From contig OY969472.1 in assembly GCA_963700155.1 (NCBI GenBank), forward strand, positions 2,058 to 66,057: a DNA stretch of 64,000 bases, written 5' to 3'. This DNA is from an uncultured bacterium (GTDB lineage: Bacteria; Patescibacteriota; Dojkabacteria; J137). The position numbers were made by a program, and so were the translations under genes. This document shows positions 9,945-20,362 of this stretch, piece after piece. The notes under the pieces are model-generated. The model had not been told where the DNA came from and did not search any database. It saw nothing but the letters and a program-made list of their open reading frames with translations. Within the stretch, counting starts at the first letter, position 1. Each line of letters starts with the position of its first letter.

Positions 9945-10889
9945 TTAAGGTTCAAGTTGAGATTCCCATCCTTGGTTAAGATTAGATTTTATTTTATCCA
10001 TTGCATCTAGAACTTCTCTCGAATAATTAGTATTTTCAATTTTATCTATTTTATATACCAAAGGTGTTCCTTCCTCATCATCTGCAAATTTTCTTTTAAA
10101 ATAATTAGTACTAACCTCAAGTAATGGTGAAGTTCCATGTTTTTCATTTGCCATGAATCTAAAATGATAAATTCCAAATTGATTAGCTTTTTTATAAAGT
10201 AATCTTGCAATTAGTTGTACTCTTGCTTTTTCATAATTATCAGAGTCAACTCTAGTTTCATCATTTTTTATACGTTCAATCACTTCTAAATGATGTACAT
10301 CTGGTATCCATATTTCTGCCTTATCTAGTCTTATTCCCAAAATCTCATGAAAAAATCTATCAACTTCAATCATTAACCCTAACATTTTCTTTAAATCTAC
10401 CACTTCTGGATTGTTTATATAATTTTCAAGTTGTTCATCTGGGATTTTCTTCAAGTCTTCATCTTCACTCAAAATATATGCAAGAGTTATTAAATTTGAT
10501 GAAGAGAATCGATCAAAAACTACTTGAACTACTCTGTGATTTATATTATATAGTATTTCTACAGCTCGCCTAATTTCATCTACACACTCAAGCCTATTTA
10601 AGGCAAAAAGCGAAAATCTTTCTTTCAATTCTAATTTATTACTTCTAAGCATTGTATGTATTTTTTCACCTAAAAATGTATTGTAATTAGGGAACTCAAC
10701 TCTTACCACATTAACTCCAGCGCCTATCATATACCTTTCTACATATGTAGCCCAGGTTCCTTTCCCAGAACCATCTAGTCCGTCCAGGATAGTATTCTGT
10801 ATAAGTTCCTCTTTTAAGAGTTCAAGATAGGTTTTTGAATTTGGTAGAAAAAGATCTAATTTTGTATCCATAAATTTTATAAAAATCAC
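9945..10889 (-). CDS. Thymidylate kinase-like P-loop protein (extended; likely start ATG ~10871)
   Basis: ILDGLDGSGKGT P-loop, EFPNY, LFALNR, FDRF..SN. Confidence 0.75.
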   Translation of the reverse strand: MIFIKFMDTKLDLFLPNSKTYLELLKEELIQNTILDGLDGSGKGTWATYVERYMIGAGVNVVRVEFPNYNTFLGEKIHTMLRSNKLELKERFSLFALNRLECVDEIRRAVEILYNINHRVVQVVFDRFSSSNLITLAYILSEDEDLKKIPDEQLENYINNPEVVDLKKMLGLMIEVDRFFHEILGIRLDKAEIWIPDVHHLEVIERIKNDETRVDSDNYEKARVQLIARLLYKKANQFGIYHFRFMANEKHGTSPLLEVSTNYFKRKFADDEEGTPLVYKIDKIENTNYSREVLDAMDKIKSNLNQGWESQLEP

Positions 10890-10934
10890 AAAATTATATC
10901 AGAAGTTTTGGTATACATAGCTTAAAATTTTTAT

Positions 10935-11327
10935 ATGAATAAATATTCAACACCAATCTTTGTTAGTTATATTAAAGCAGGGTTCCCATCTCCTGCAGAT
11001 GACTTTATTGAAAATACTCTAGATTTGGATGAATTTTTAATTGAACACCCTCAGGCCACTTTTTTTGTAAAAGTTTCGGGGGATTCAATGATAAACGCTG
11101 GAATTCATAGTAGAGATATTTTGATAGTAGATAGATCTTTGCAAGCTTACAACGGTAGTATCGTCGTTGCTGTAATTGATGGCGAATTTACTGTAAAAAG
11201 ATATAAAAAAATTGGGAATACTGTTTATTTACTTCCTGAAAATCCTAATTACAAAGTAATAAAAATCCCTGAAAATAGTGATTTCTTAATCTGGGGAGTG
11301 GTCAAACACGTAATACATTCAGTATAA
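10935..11327 (+). CDS. umuD: UmuD / S24 peptidase (Pol V autoproteolytic subunit)
   Basis: AGFPSPA cleavage region, V.GDSM (Ser), FTVKR (Lys), PEN..Y, IWGVV. Confidence 0.9.
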   Translation: MNKYSTPIFVSYIKAGFPSPADDFIENTLDLDEFLIEHPQATFFVKVSGDSMINAGIHSRDILIVDRSLQAYNGSIVVAVIDGEFTVKRYKKIGNTVYLLPENPNYKVIKIPENSDFLIWGVVKHVIHSV

Positions 11328-11329
11328 AA

Positions 11330-11941
11330 TTACATTCTGAGCAAGTATCTTTTAAACCAATCCATTTTCCTTCTTATATCATCTGTATTATTTTCATTGA
11401 GAGCAATGCACGCTGACCAGAATAAAATCACATTAATATCACTAAGATGAATTAAGTCATCAGACTCCATAACTGGGAATTTATTATCCAAGATAGCATT
11501 TGTATTGAATACCTTATCAACCCTCTCTAGAATTCTTTCTGCCATTAAAATATCAAGATTATTAACCTCGTAAAAATCATCTAATGCGTATCCATTTATT
11601 TGAATTAAAAAGCTTACATATATTATTAACTGGGTAATAATATAATTAGTATTTAACTCAAAGAATCCAGTACTATTAAACTTTTTAGAAGTTAAAAACT
11701 TTCCAAGAAACACTGGACCTTTTTTGTTAAACATCAAAAATAACCATGATTCTTCATGCTGTTTTGCTTCTTTTTTATTTTTAATTGATATTAATTTTTT
11801 ATTATCTGAAAGATAAGAAAGCAACTTCAATAAGTTTTCATAGGAATTCCATACTTCCAAAGAAACAGGAGTCTTAAGATCATCAAATACTTCAAACTTT
11901 TCATCTAAATTGTTGTATTCTTCTAAATCCAAATTAAACAT
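11330..11941 (-). CDS. Hypothetical protein
   Basis: 203-aa ORF with TGATATAAT promoter-like element upstream; no motif recognised. Confidence 0.6.
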   Translation of the reverse strand: MFNLDLEEYNNLDEKFEVFDDLKTPVSLEVWNSYENLLKLLSYLSDNKKLISIKNKKEAKQHEESWLFLMFNKKGPVFLGKFLTSKKFNSTGFFELNTNYIITQLIIYVSFLIQINGYALDDFYEVNNLDILMAERILERVDKVFNTNAILDNKFPVMESDDLIHLSDINVILFWSACIALNENNTDDIRRKMDWFKRYLLRM

Positions 11942-12354
11942 ATGTTAATTTTAAAAGTTTTTGATTATATCAATACAATATCTTTTTAGAAAATTTTCTT
12001 ACCATTTACTATAAGCAGGTATAGTAAAATAACAATTTTCATACTTTAAGAGAAAAGATTATTAATACCAATACCATAAATTCTATATTTTTCACTCTTT
12101 CTCTTTTTAAAGTTATGCATACTCTGGTGACTTTAAATTTCCACCTTGTTTTTCTAGTATTTTGTTATGTTAATATTATTGTAATTTTAATATACGTTAA
12201 AAAATCTCTATTACAGGCAATGAAAAGCGAGATCATGATTGCCAGAAAAAAATATATATTGTAACATCATATAATTAATATACTCTATATATAGTAATTT
12301 TTAGCTAAGTTTTACCAAACTAGCATATTCAATTATTTATTAATTTTTATTTAA

Positions 12355-14442
12355 ATGAAGCTAAATCCCCAAAAAATCTTAGGATTCTTCGCAGTGTTTG
12401 TAACCTGCAATATTGTGCTAAATTCAATAGCACCAATAGTAATTCTGGCTGATACATTGCCAACCTCTTATACTGAGCAAACAATTACTCCTGTCCAAGA
12501 AGAAGTAACTTATTCAATTACTGGTCACAAATATTCTCAGAATGAAGTTGGACTACCTTATTGGGATATAGTTTTATATAGCTCAGTAGATGGTGAAAAT
12601 TGGACATATGCATCAGAAACTACAACTAAAGATGGTACAAATGGTGAACTAGGAAGTTATGTGTTAGATAGTATAACAGCAGGTACTTATGATGTTTGTG
12701 AAGTAAATAGTCCTAATTGGAGTCAAATCCAGCCAGATGCTCAAACAGGAGTGGATCAACCTATTAACACTGATGTTGAGCCTTATTGTTTTCGAGTTGT
12801 AATTCCAGAAAATAGTGAACAATTGGTTTATGGAGATTATGATTTTATTAATGAAAATATTGAAGCTCCAACAACTGGAACTATAACTGTGACAAAAGAT
12901 GTTGTTGATCAAAATAACGTTGGTGAAGGAGTTTATTCTGATAATACTTTTACTGTTAGACTTGAAGACTCAGAAGGAACTCCTATAGAATCTTTTGACT
13001 CACAAATGATTAGTGATAGTTCAGTCTCTCCTTTAACAGCAACTTTTACAGTTGAATCTGGAACATATCAGATTGTTGAAGATCCAGTTGAAGGATTTAC
13101 TTCATTAGGATGTAATATTGTTGATACTGAAACTAATATGATAACTGTACAAGCAGGTTCAAATGTTAATGTAGTTTGTACTAATCAAGAACAACCTGTA
13201 GTAACTGGTTTTACAATTAGTGGGTATAAATATGGAGTGGATACAATGCCATATGAAAGTTATGTTGGAATTTCAGGTTGGGACATTGTTCTGTATAAAA
13301 ATGCTGAAGATGGGTGGCACTATGTTGCTGACTCAACAACTGCAGCCGATGGTTCGTACATTTTCCCTACTGTCGGAGCAGATTACGAGTTGAGTACTGG
13401 AACTTATGATGTCTGTGAAATTAATACAATTGGTTGGGAACAAATATACCCTAATATCGTAACCGGTTCTACTAAACCTATAAATACAAATGTTGAACAT
13501 TATTGTTTCCAAGTAGTTTTATTAAGTTTAGAGCATCCTAATTTTAATGGTTTAAATTTTCTTAATTACCATAATCTCCAACCAGCAGTGAGTATTTATG
13601 CATTTCCAGGCAGCACAACAACAGCTCCTAACAAATTAAAATTGAAAGCTTTAGGAGCAGGAGGAAATGGAGCATTAACTTATTCATGGGTTTGTAATAA
13701 CTCAATAAAGAGTAACTCAGTAAAAATTGCTTTGGCAACTCCTGATACATATAACTGTACAGTTACAGTAACAGATGAAGATGGAGACACTGCATCAGCA
13801 AGCACTACAGTTACAATTCATCCCGCCTCAACGAGTAATAATATCGAGACTGGAAGCGGATCTGAAATCACAACAACTAGTAGTAGTGGCACTGACAATA
13901 GCTCTTCCTCATCCTCAGGATCAATCGATGAAGGTACAACAACTTCAGAAGATGGAATCAGTAATGATGTTCTAGGACTGGATGCTCAAGTTTGTACAAC
14001 CAAATCAGCAGTTTCTGGATATGTTTTCATAGACACAAATGGAAATAACTCAAAAGAATTTGATGAAGATGGAATTGCTGACGTTGAGGTCACTATAATA
14101 GTTAATGTTAAAGATGATAAAGGACAAGATCAACAAGTTGAACTTAGAACTCTAAGAACTAATGCATTAGGAAGATGGGATACATCATTATGCCCTGGAG
14201 AGTATATTATAAAAGCAAATACTAATGATTTACCTGACAATGCATTCTTAGGAGGAAGTGATAACTTTAATTTCACTGTTCAAGAGGGAGTTGATAAAGA
14301 TAATGTTAACTTTGCTGCATATTTGATCAATGGATCTACGAGTATTAATTTTAACTGGTGGATTTTATTAATTCCATTAGTAATAATTCTACTTGCTGCC
14401 GGAGGATATGCTATCTTCTCAACAAGCAGAAGGAATTCATAA
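12355..14442 (+). CDS. Cell-surface protein: signal peptide, duplicated prealbumin/Cna-B-like domains, PKD-like and SdrD-B-like domains, Ser/Thr linker, C-terminal TM anchor
   Basis: Two copies of I.G.KY...WDIVLY...GTYDVCE.N...W.QI.P...PINT.VE.YCF; TVTVTDEDGDTAS; SGYVFIDTNGN...E.GI..V.V; hydrophobic C-terminus followed by RR. Confidence 0.8.
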   Translation: MKLNPQKILGFFAVFVTCNIVLNSIAPIVILADTLPTSYTEQTITPVQEEVTYSITGHKYSQNEVGLPYWDIVLYSSVDGENWTYASETTTKDGTNGELGSYVLDSITAGTYDVCEVNSPNWSQIQPDAQTGVDQPINTDVEPYCFRVVIPENSEQLVYGDYDFINENIEAPTTGTITVTKDVVDQNNVGEGVYSDNTFTVRLEDSEGTPIESFDSQMISDSSVSPLTATFTVESGTYQIVEDPVEGFTSLGCNIVDTETNMITVQAGSNVNVVCTNQEQPVVTGFTISGYKYGVDTMPYESYVGISGWDIVLYKNAEDGWHYVADSTTAADGSYIFPTVGADYELSTGTYDVCEINTIGWEQIYPNIVTGSTKPINTNVEHYCFQVVLLSLEHPNFNGLNFLNYHNLQPAVSIYAFPGSTTTAPNKLKLKALGAGGNGALTYSWVCNNSIKSNSVKIALATPDTYNCTVTVTDEDGDTASASTTVTIHPASTSNNIETGSGSEITTTSSSGTDNSSSSSSGSIDEGTTTSEDGISNDVLGLDAQVCTTKSAVSGYVFIDTNGNNSKEFDEDGIADVEVTIIVNVKDDKGQDQQVELRTLRTNALGRWDTSLCPGEYIIKANTNDLPDNAFLGGSDNFNFTVQEGVDKDNVNFAAYLINGSTSINFNWWILLIPLVIILLAAGGYAIFSTSRRNS

Positions 14443-14464
14443 GTCGATAAAGAATATAGAATTT

Positions 14465-14497
14465 AAAGGCGGGGCATTAAAATGCCCCGCCTTTTTT
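14465..14497 (+). terminator. Rho-independent terminator
   Basis: aaaggcggggcatt-aa-aatgccccgccttt perfect inverted repeat with T6 tract, just after the surface-protein stop. Confidence 0.92.
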
Positions 14498-14673
14498 ATA
14501 AATTTATTAGATATAAAAGCTTTTAGACAAATTTCCTATTTTACATAAATTTAACATTAAATTTGTAATATTTTCATTTATATTACCTATAGTTAAACTG
14601 GTAAGTATTATTGATGATATGTTTACTAAAGTTTGTAAAACACTTATTATAAAGGTAATTAATTTTTTAAGTT

Positions 14674-14994
14674 TTGTTTATGCGAGATAAGGAAAAAAAT
14701 AATGATGGAAGTAATTTCTTCAGCTTTCTTGTAGGAGGATTGGTTGGGGCAGTTTTAGGAGTACTTTTCGCTCCCCAAGAAGGTTCTAAAACCAGAAAAG
14801 AAATAAAAGAAAGGGCTGAAAAAGCAAAAGTTGATCTAGATGAGAATATGAAAAATGTTAAGTCAACTGTTGAAGAAAAAGCTGGAGATTTTAAAGATGT
14901 TGCAGAGGAAAAGTCTTCTAAGATTAAGAAAGATGTTGAGAGAAAAGCCGAAGAAGCTAAGGAAAATATTTTAGGAAAGATTGACCAAGAATAA
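14674..14994 (+). CDS. YtxH-domain protein
   Basis: F..GGLVGAVLGVLFAP.EG.KTRK.IK followed by charged helical repeats. Confidence 0.85.
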   Translation: MFMRDKEKNNDGSNFFSFLVGGLVGAVLGVLFAPQEGSKTRKEIKERAEKAKVDLDENMKNVKSTVEEKAGDFKDVAEEKSSKIKKDVERKAEEAKENILGKIDQE

Positions 14995-15073
14995 AGGTAT
15001 ACATACGTTAAGATAATCTTGAAAGACTCTGAAATTAAAACTTTTTATTATTTTATTTTTTATTTTATAAAAT

Positions 15074-15235
15074 ATGAAAGGGTTATTAGAGCTTCAAGAA
15101 CAGCTAAGACGAAGGTCTTATGAACGAAGAATGTTCGTAGAACAAAATGAAGCATTAGACGAAGAGTTTAATAAGATAAAGAGTAGATTTACCAGAGGTA
15201 AGTATGATACAGTTATTGACCTTATTAAATGGTAG
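15074..15235 (+). CDS. Small hypothetical protein (53 aa), not in ORF track
   Basis: MKGLLELQEQLRRRSYERRMFVEQNEALDEEFNKIKSRFTRGKYDTVIDLIKW*; purine-rich coding-like composition between AT-rich spacers. Confidence 0.55.
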   Translation: MKGLLELQEQLRRRSYERRMFVEQNEALDEEFNKIKSRFTRGKYDTVIDLIKW

Positions 15236-15347
15236 ATTTTTAGTCAAAATTTAATATTTTCTTCAAATTTTTTCTTGCGGGTTATTCTTCAGTTCACTAA
15301 TAAATATTCCACTTTCTATAATTAAATATATTTTATATACTTAGGAT

Positions 15348-16100
15348 GTGGAAAAGAATCATATACTAATAAAAAATTTAATAATAAATTATTTATCAAA
15401 CAAAAGAGATTCCAATATTAATTTAATATTTATACATGGATGGAGGTCAGAAGCTAAAATCTGGGAAAGCATAATGCAGGAACTCAATATCTCATCTTAT
15501 GCAATTGATTTACCTGGATTTGGTGAATCACAAATGCCAACTAATAGCTATACTCTTAAAGATTTCTCAGAAATAATTAAAGAATTTATTAATAAATTAA
15601 ATCTTGAGAATGTAATATTAATAGGACATTCAAATGGCGGTGCAATATCTATAAAAACAATACTTAATTATCCTGAATTAATTTTAAAACTTATTCTTGT
15701 TGACAGTGCTGGTATCAGAGAACAAACTTTTTTTACCTTATTAAAGAATTTAATAGCAAAAATTGTAAAACCCTTATTTACACCAATGTTTATGAAGCCA
15801 TTAAGAGAAAAATTATATACTATAATGGGATCAGAAGATTACATTGCTGAACCAAAACTTAAACAGACTTTTATAAATATGATTAGTGAAGACTTAAGTC
15901 CAAGATTTAAGGAACTTAATAAACCTACATTAATAATCTGGGGTGAAAAAGATAAAGCAACTCCACTCTCTTATGCAAAATTTATGAATAATGAGATAAG
16001 AGGATCAAAACTAAAAATAATTCCAGAAGCTGAACATTATAGTTTTTTGCAGAATAAACAAATGTTTATTGACTACATTAAAGAATTTATCAATAATTAG
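15348..16100 (+). CDS. Alpha/beta hydrolase
   Basis: FIHGW, DLPGFG, GHSNGG nucleophile elbow, WGEKD, H near C-terminus. Confidence 0.9.
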   Translation: MEKNHILIKNLIINYLSNKRDSNINLIFIHGWRSEAKIWESIMQELNISSYAIDLPGFGESQMPTNSYTLKDFSEIIKEFINKLNLENVILIGHSNGGAISIKTILNYPELILKLILVDSAGIREQTFFTLLKNLIAKIVKPLFTPMFMKPLREKLYTIMGSEDYIAEPKLKQTFINMISEDLSPRFKELNKPTLIIWGEKDKATPLSYAKFMNNEIRGSKLKIIPEAEHYSFLQNKQMFIDYIKEFINN

Positions 16101-17586
16101 GATTATGAAATATACATTTCTTCCATATAATATTTTTAAATACCAGCTGTATATCTTCCAACTTGAAGAATATGAATCTTCAAGGTTTTTAAGATCATTA
16201 TTTAAGAAAGGACTGTTACCTACTCAAAACTTACGTAAAGAGCTTGTATGGACAACTAAAGCTAAAATTCTTGCAATCTTAACTTTCATAATTGAGATAT
16301 TGTTGAACATTTTAATCACGTACCTATTATATAGAGCTTTTAATTTAGAAATAATTGGAGTTGTTTTAATTTATCTCGTTTTATTCTATTTGCTAATAAT
16401 CCTGTCTTTTGCCTTTTTTATGCAATCTGTGGATTTAATTTCACCTCTGGAAAGATATCAAAAAAACAAAATTATTAAACAGGCAAAAGACAAGATTAAA
16501 AATTACACAAATTTGAAAATTATAGGAATTACAGGTAGTTATGGGAAAACTACAATGAAAGAGACTCTTTTCACAATTTTAAATGAGAAATTTAGAGTAG
16601 TAAAAACATCAGGAAATAATAATACTCCACTTGGTATTTCAAGAACAATTTTGGATAAATTAACAGAGATAACACAAATATTTATAGTTGAGATGGGAGA
16701 ATATGTAAAAGGAGATGTTAAAGAACTCTGTGAAATAACCCCTCCAGATATTTCAATAATTACAGGAATTAATGAAGCTCACCTTGAAAGATATAAAACA
16801 ATGGAGAACGCAATAAGTACTAAATTTGAAATTGTTGAAAATGCTAAACCGAATGCAGGATTTATTTTAAATGCTGATGATAAATTAACTTTAGAGAATT
16901 ATAAAAAGTATATTGATGATGAGAGTAAGATTACATTTTATTCAAGTTTGGATAATGTTCAAGACATAAATCTTGAGTTCAAAATAAAGAATATAATTTT
17001 TAATGAAGAAGAGCCTTCTTATGAATTTGAGTTATTTAATGGAGATTCTTCGCTTGGTATAACAAGAACAAAAATCCTAGCACCATATATTTTTGGTAAT
17101 ATTACCGCTTCAGCAACTATAGCAAAACATTTAGGGATGAATGATACCGAGATAAGACTTGGTATTAGCAATTTAAAACCAGTTGAACATAGACTTGAAA
17201 GTAGAATTATTCAAAATAATATTTTAGTAATAGATGATACTTATAATGGAAATTCAGATGGAATAAAAATCGGACTTGATTTATTAAACAAATTTAAAAA
17301 GAGAAGGAAAGTTTATGTTACACCAGGACTTGTAGAGACTGGTAGTTTATCTAAAGAAATTCATATTCAAATAGGTAAAGAATTGGCAAATGTAGCCGAT
17401 CTAGTTATTTTACTGAAAGATAGTGTTACTCCATACATTTTTCAGGGTCTTAAAGAAGCGGGATATGATGAGAAAAAAGTTATATGGTATGATTATTCTA
17501 AGGAAATGTATGCAAATCTGCATGAACATTTGAAACAGAATGATGTAGTAATGATGCAGAATGACTGGAGTGATAATTATTCTTAG
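16069..17586 (+). CDS. murF: MurF-like Mur ligase with N-terminal TM helices (likely start ATG 16105)
   Basis: GITGSYGKTTMKE, N.N.PLG, VEMG, HLE, LNADD, HRLE, IDDTYN.N. Confidence 0.85.
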   Translation: MTTLKNLSIIRIMKYTFLPYNIFKYQLYIFQLEEYESSRFLRSLFKKGLLPTQNLRKELVWTTKAKILAILTFIIEILLNILITYLLYRAFNLEIIGVVLIYLVLFYLLIILSFAFFMQSVDLISPLERYQKNKIIKQAKDKIKNYTNLKIIGITGSYGKTTMKETLFTILNEKFRVVKTSGNNNTPLGISRTILDKLTEITQIFIVEMGEYVKGDVKELCEITPPDISIITGINEAHLERYKTMENAISTKFEIVENAKPNAGFILNADDKLTLENYKKYIDDESKITFYSSLDNVQDINLEFKIKNIIFNEEEPSYEFELFNGDSSLGITRTKILAPYIFGNITASATIAKHLGMNDTEIRLGISNLKPVEHRLESRIIQNNILVIDDTYNGNSDGIKIGLDLLNKFKKRRKVYVTPGLVETGSLSKEIHIQIGKELANVADLVILLKDSVTPYIFQGLKEAGYDEKKVIWYDYSKEMYANLHEHLKQNDVVMMQNDWSDNYS

Positions 17587-17596
17587 TATATAAAAT

Positions 17597-18064
17597 ATGA
17601 TTGTTCGAGAACTACTATCTCAAGATATAGAACATATCATTAATCCTGCACAACAGATGTATTTGGATCATGATTTAAAGGAGCAAGAGCTTTTTACACC
17701 AAATTCTTTTGAACCCGAAAGAATTAAAGAATATTTTCTTAATACTTTAAATAATAAATTTCAAAAAACTTTTGTCGCAGAAGAAAATGGTGAAGTTTTA
17801 GGATTTATTAGATGTGAAATAAAAGAAACTCCAAGATTTTATAAAGAAAGAAAAGTTGGATTCACAGATGATTTGGTTGTAATTAAAAAATATCAAAGAA
17901 CTGGAGTAGGGACAAAATTAAAAAAGAAAGCTGAAGAATGGTTTAAAAAAAAAGATATTAAGCTTTTAGAATGTAAGATCTATGAATGGAACATACCTTC
18001 TGCTAAACTATCAGAGAAATTAGGTTACAAAAAGACCTTTTCATATTATTATAAGCATATTTAA
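17597..18064 (+). CDS. GNAT family N-acetyltransferase
   Basis: FVAEENGEVLGF, V.KKYQRTGVG acetyl-CoA motif, N..S.KL.EKLGY. Confidence 0.85.
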   Translation: MIVRELLSQDIEHIINPAQQMYLDHDLKEQELFTPNSFEPERIKEYFLNTLNNKFQKTFVAEENGEVLGFIRCEIKETPRFYKERKVGFTDDLVVIKKYQRTGVGTKLKKKAEEWFKKKDIKLLECKIYEWNIPSAKLSEKLGYKKTFSYYYKHI

Positions 18065-18079
18065 TATTATAATTACTTT

Positions 18080-19252
18080 ATGACAATAGGAGTATTTTTC
18101 GGTTCAAGAAGTCCTGAGCATGATGTTTCAATAATTACCGGACAATTAGTCATCCAGGGATTAAAAGAACTTGGACATGATGTTGTACCTGTTTATATTT
18201 CTAAAGATGGACAATGGTGTGTTGGAGATGAGCTTGGTAATATAGAATTTTTTAAACAAAAAGATTTTGAAAGTAAGCTAAAAAAACTAGTCGGATACGC
18301 ATTACTACCAGATCCAGCCAGTCAAAAATTAATATTAAGAAAAACAGGTGTTATTTCAAATAAAGAATATAAGCTTGATTTAGCTTTTCCTGCACTTCAT
18401 GGACAATATGGTGAAGATGGAACTATACAAGGTCTTTTTGAAATGATGAATGTACCCTATGTAGGTTGTGATGTTACAACTTCATCAATAACAATGGACA
18501 AAGTTTTAACTAAAATTGTTTACCAGAGATTTAATATTCCAACTACAAACTTTATATATTTTGAAAATAAGGAATGGGTTAACAATAAAGAAGATATTAT
18601 TAATGATATCAAATCAAATTTAACTTGGCCTGTAATCGTTAAGCCAACAAAACTTGGTTCATCAATTGGGATTGCAAAAGCAAAAACTGATCAAGAGTTA
18701 GAATTAGCAATCGAAGTTGCATTACATTATGATCAAAAGGTAATCGTCGAAGAATGTATTGAAGAACTAATGGATTTAACTGTTGCAGTTATAGGTAACG
18801 AAGAACCAATTGCTTCACTTATACAAGAATCAGTTTATTCAAAAGAATTTTTCTCTTATGAGGATAAGTACTTAGAACAAGGTGGAGCTCAACTTGGAAA
18901 TGCTGAAAAGAAAATTATTATTCCAGCAACTTTAGACGATGAAACTACTAAGGAGATAAAACAAATGGCAATAGATATTTATAAAATTTTCAACTGTTCA
19001 GGAACGGCGCGGGTTGATTTCTTGTACAGCAAAACTTACAAAAAATTCTATGCTAATGAAATCAACCCACTCCCAGGAACTTTATACCATCACTTATGGA
19101 AAAAAAGTGGAATAGAATTAAAAGATCTATTAACTAAACTTATAGAATATGCAAATGAAAGACAAGATAAAAAAAATAAAGTAACATATACTTTTGATTC
19201 AGATATTCTTAAGCAATCTAATAAAGATAAGATGAAATTAAAAGGCGCATAG
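18080..19252 (+). CDS. ddl: D-alanine--D-alanine ligase
   Basis: FG.RS.EHDVS, HG.YGEDG.IQG, VKP..LGSSIG, YEDKY, ARVDF, NEINPLPG. Confidence 0.93.
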   Translation: MTIGVFFGSRSPEHDVSIITGQLVIQGLKELGHDVVPVYISKDGQWCVGDELGNIEFFKQKDFESKLKKLVGYALLPDPASQKLILRKTGVISNKEYKLDLAFPALHGQYGEDGTIQGLFEMMNVPYVGCDVTTSSITMDKVLTKIVYQRFNIPTTNFIYFENKEWVNNKEDIINDIKSNLTWPVIVKPTKLGSSIGIAKAKTDQELELAIEVALHYDQKVIVEECIEELMDLTVAVIGNEEPIASLIQESVYSKEFFSYEDKYLEQGGAQLGNAEKKIIIPATLDDETTKEIKQMAIDIYKIFNCSGTARVDFLYSKTYKKFYANEINPLPGTLYHHLWKKSGIELKDLLTKLIEYANERQDKKNKVTYTFDSDILKQSNKDKMKLKGA

Positions 19253-19253
19253 A

Positions 19254-19877
19254 TTATTTTCGTGATATAAAATTATTTCCTTTAATATAGAACCGTAATG
19301 GCTTATCAATTGCTTTCTTTATGCCTATTCGCTTTGTTGAAACAATATCATTCTCATTCACTTCATAACCATCTTCAGCAATGTAAAGTTTAGAATCCCA
19401 AAGTTTTAATCCATCGTGACTTTTATTTATTCCTAAAGCTAAACATAGTTTACCTGGTCCATTGCAAATCTTATTATCTTTTATTTCTTTATCCTTTATG
19501 TTTTTTCTTCTTAAATTAAACCTACTTATATTAGCTTTCATCTTTTCTATTCCTATAAGAGGCTCTGAGGCACGAATTAACACTGCTTCACCAATTTTAT
19601 TTTCATTTGAAGAAATGTTAAAACAGTAATAATTTCCATAAATAAAATAAACATAAGAAGTTCCAGGTTCTTCAAAGACTGATTTGTTTCTTTTAGTTTT
19701 ACCAATAAAAGAATGCGCTGCCGGATCATTTGAAAGATAAGCTTCTGTCTCTACAATTCTACCAGACAATAAACTACCATTTACTTCATTAACTATAATC
19801 TTACCTAGTAAATCTTTTGAAAGTTCTAATGTATCTTTTTTAAAATAAAAATTTTTATTAAGTTTTTTAAATTTCAT
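19254..19877 (-). CDS. DNA-3-methyladenine glycosylase (MPG/AAG type)
   Basis: GRIVETEAY, D.AAH, YVY.IYG...C.N, AVLIRA.EP, NGPGKLC, RIGI. Confidence 0.93.
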   Translation of the reverse strand: MKFKKLNKNFYFKKDTLELSKDLLGKIIVNEVNGSLLSGRIVETEAYLSNDPAAHSFIGKTKRNKSVFEEPGTSYVYFIYGNYYCFNISSNENKIGEAVLIRASEPLIGIEKMKANISRFNLRRKNIKDKEIKDNKICNGPGKLCLALGINKSHDGLKLWDSKLYIAEDGYEVNENDIVSTKRIGIKKAIDKPLRFYIKGNNFISRK

Positions 19878-20362
19878 TTATCGACTACTTTGTTATATAT
19901 GTGATACTATTTCAGTTATTTTGATCAAACTATATTAACATTTTATTTTGACATTTTATTAAATTCAACTGAAGTATAGGTCCCATAAATCACTAATAGT
20001 AAAGGAATTACTGAATATCTTTTACAATTCGAAGATAAGATATAAAAGGATTGAACTTTCCAGTTAAACTTGACTTAATTTCATAATTTTCTAATCGAAT
20101 TATTTATGGATATCCACGATAGATAGAAAAAACTTCATATGAAATTGCATTATTTTAAAAAATAATGCGTTACGGTATTGATACAATCTCTATTTATAAT
20201 TCAAAAATGTATACTAAAACTAAATTTTCTTATAGAAAACAGTTTTATACTTATTGTCACCAAAAATAAATATCAAATATAATTGAAGAAGAAAACTTTA
20301 GAATGTTTTTTGTATGTTATTTATCTGTTAAAATCATACAGATAAATTAATAAAATTTCAAT

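Noticed and set aside
19878-20362. Long AT-rich intergenic region as oriC or ncRNA
   Set aside because: Only one weak DnaA-box-like match and one AT-rich palindrome (gcattatttt-aa-aaaataatgc); explainable as a divergent promoter region.
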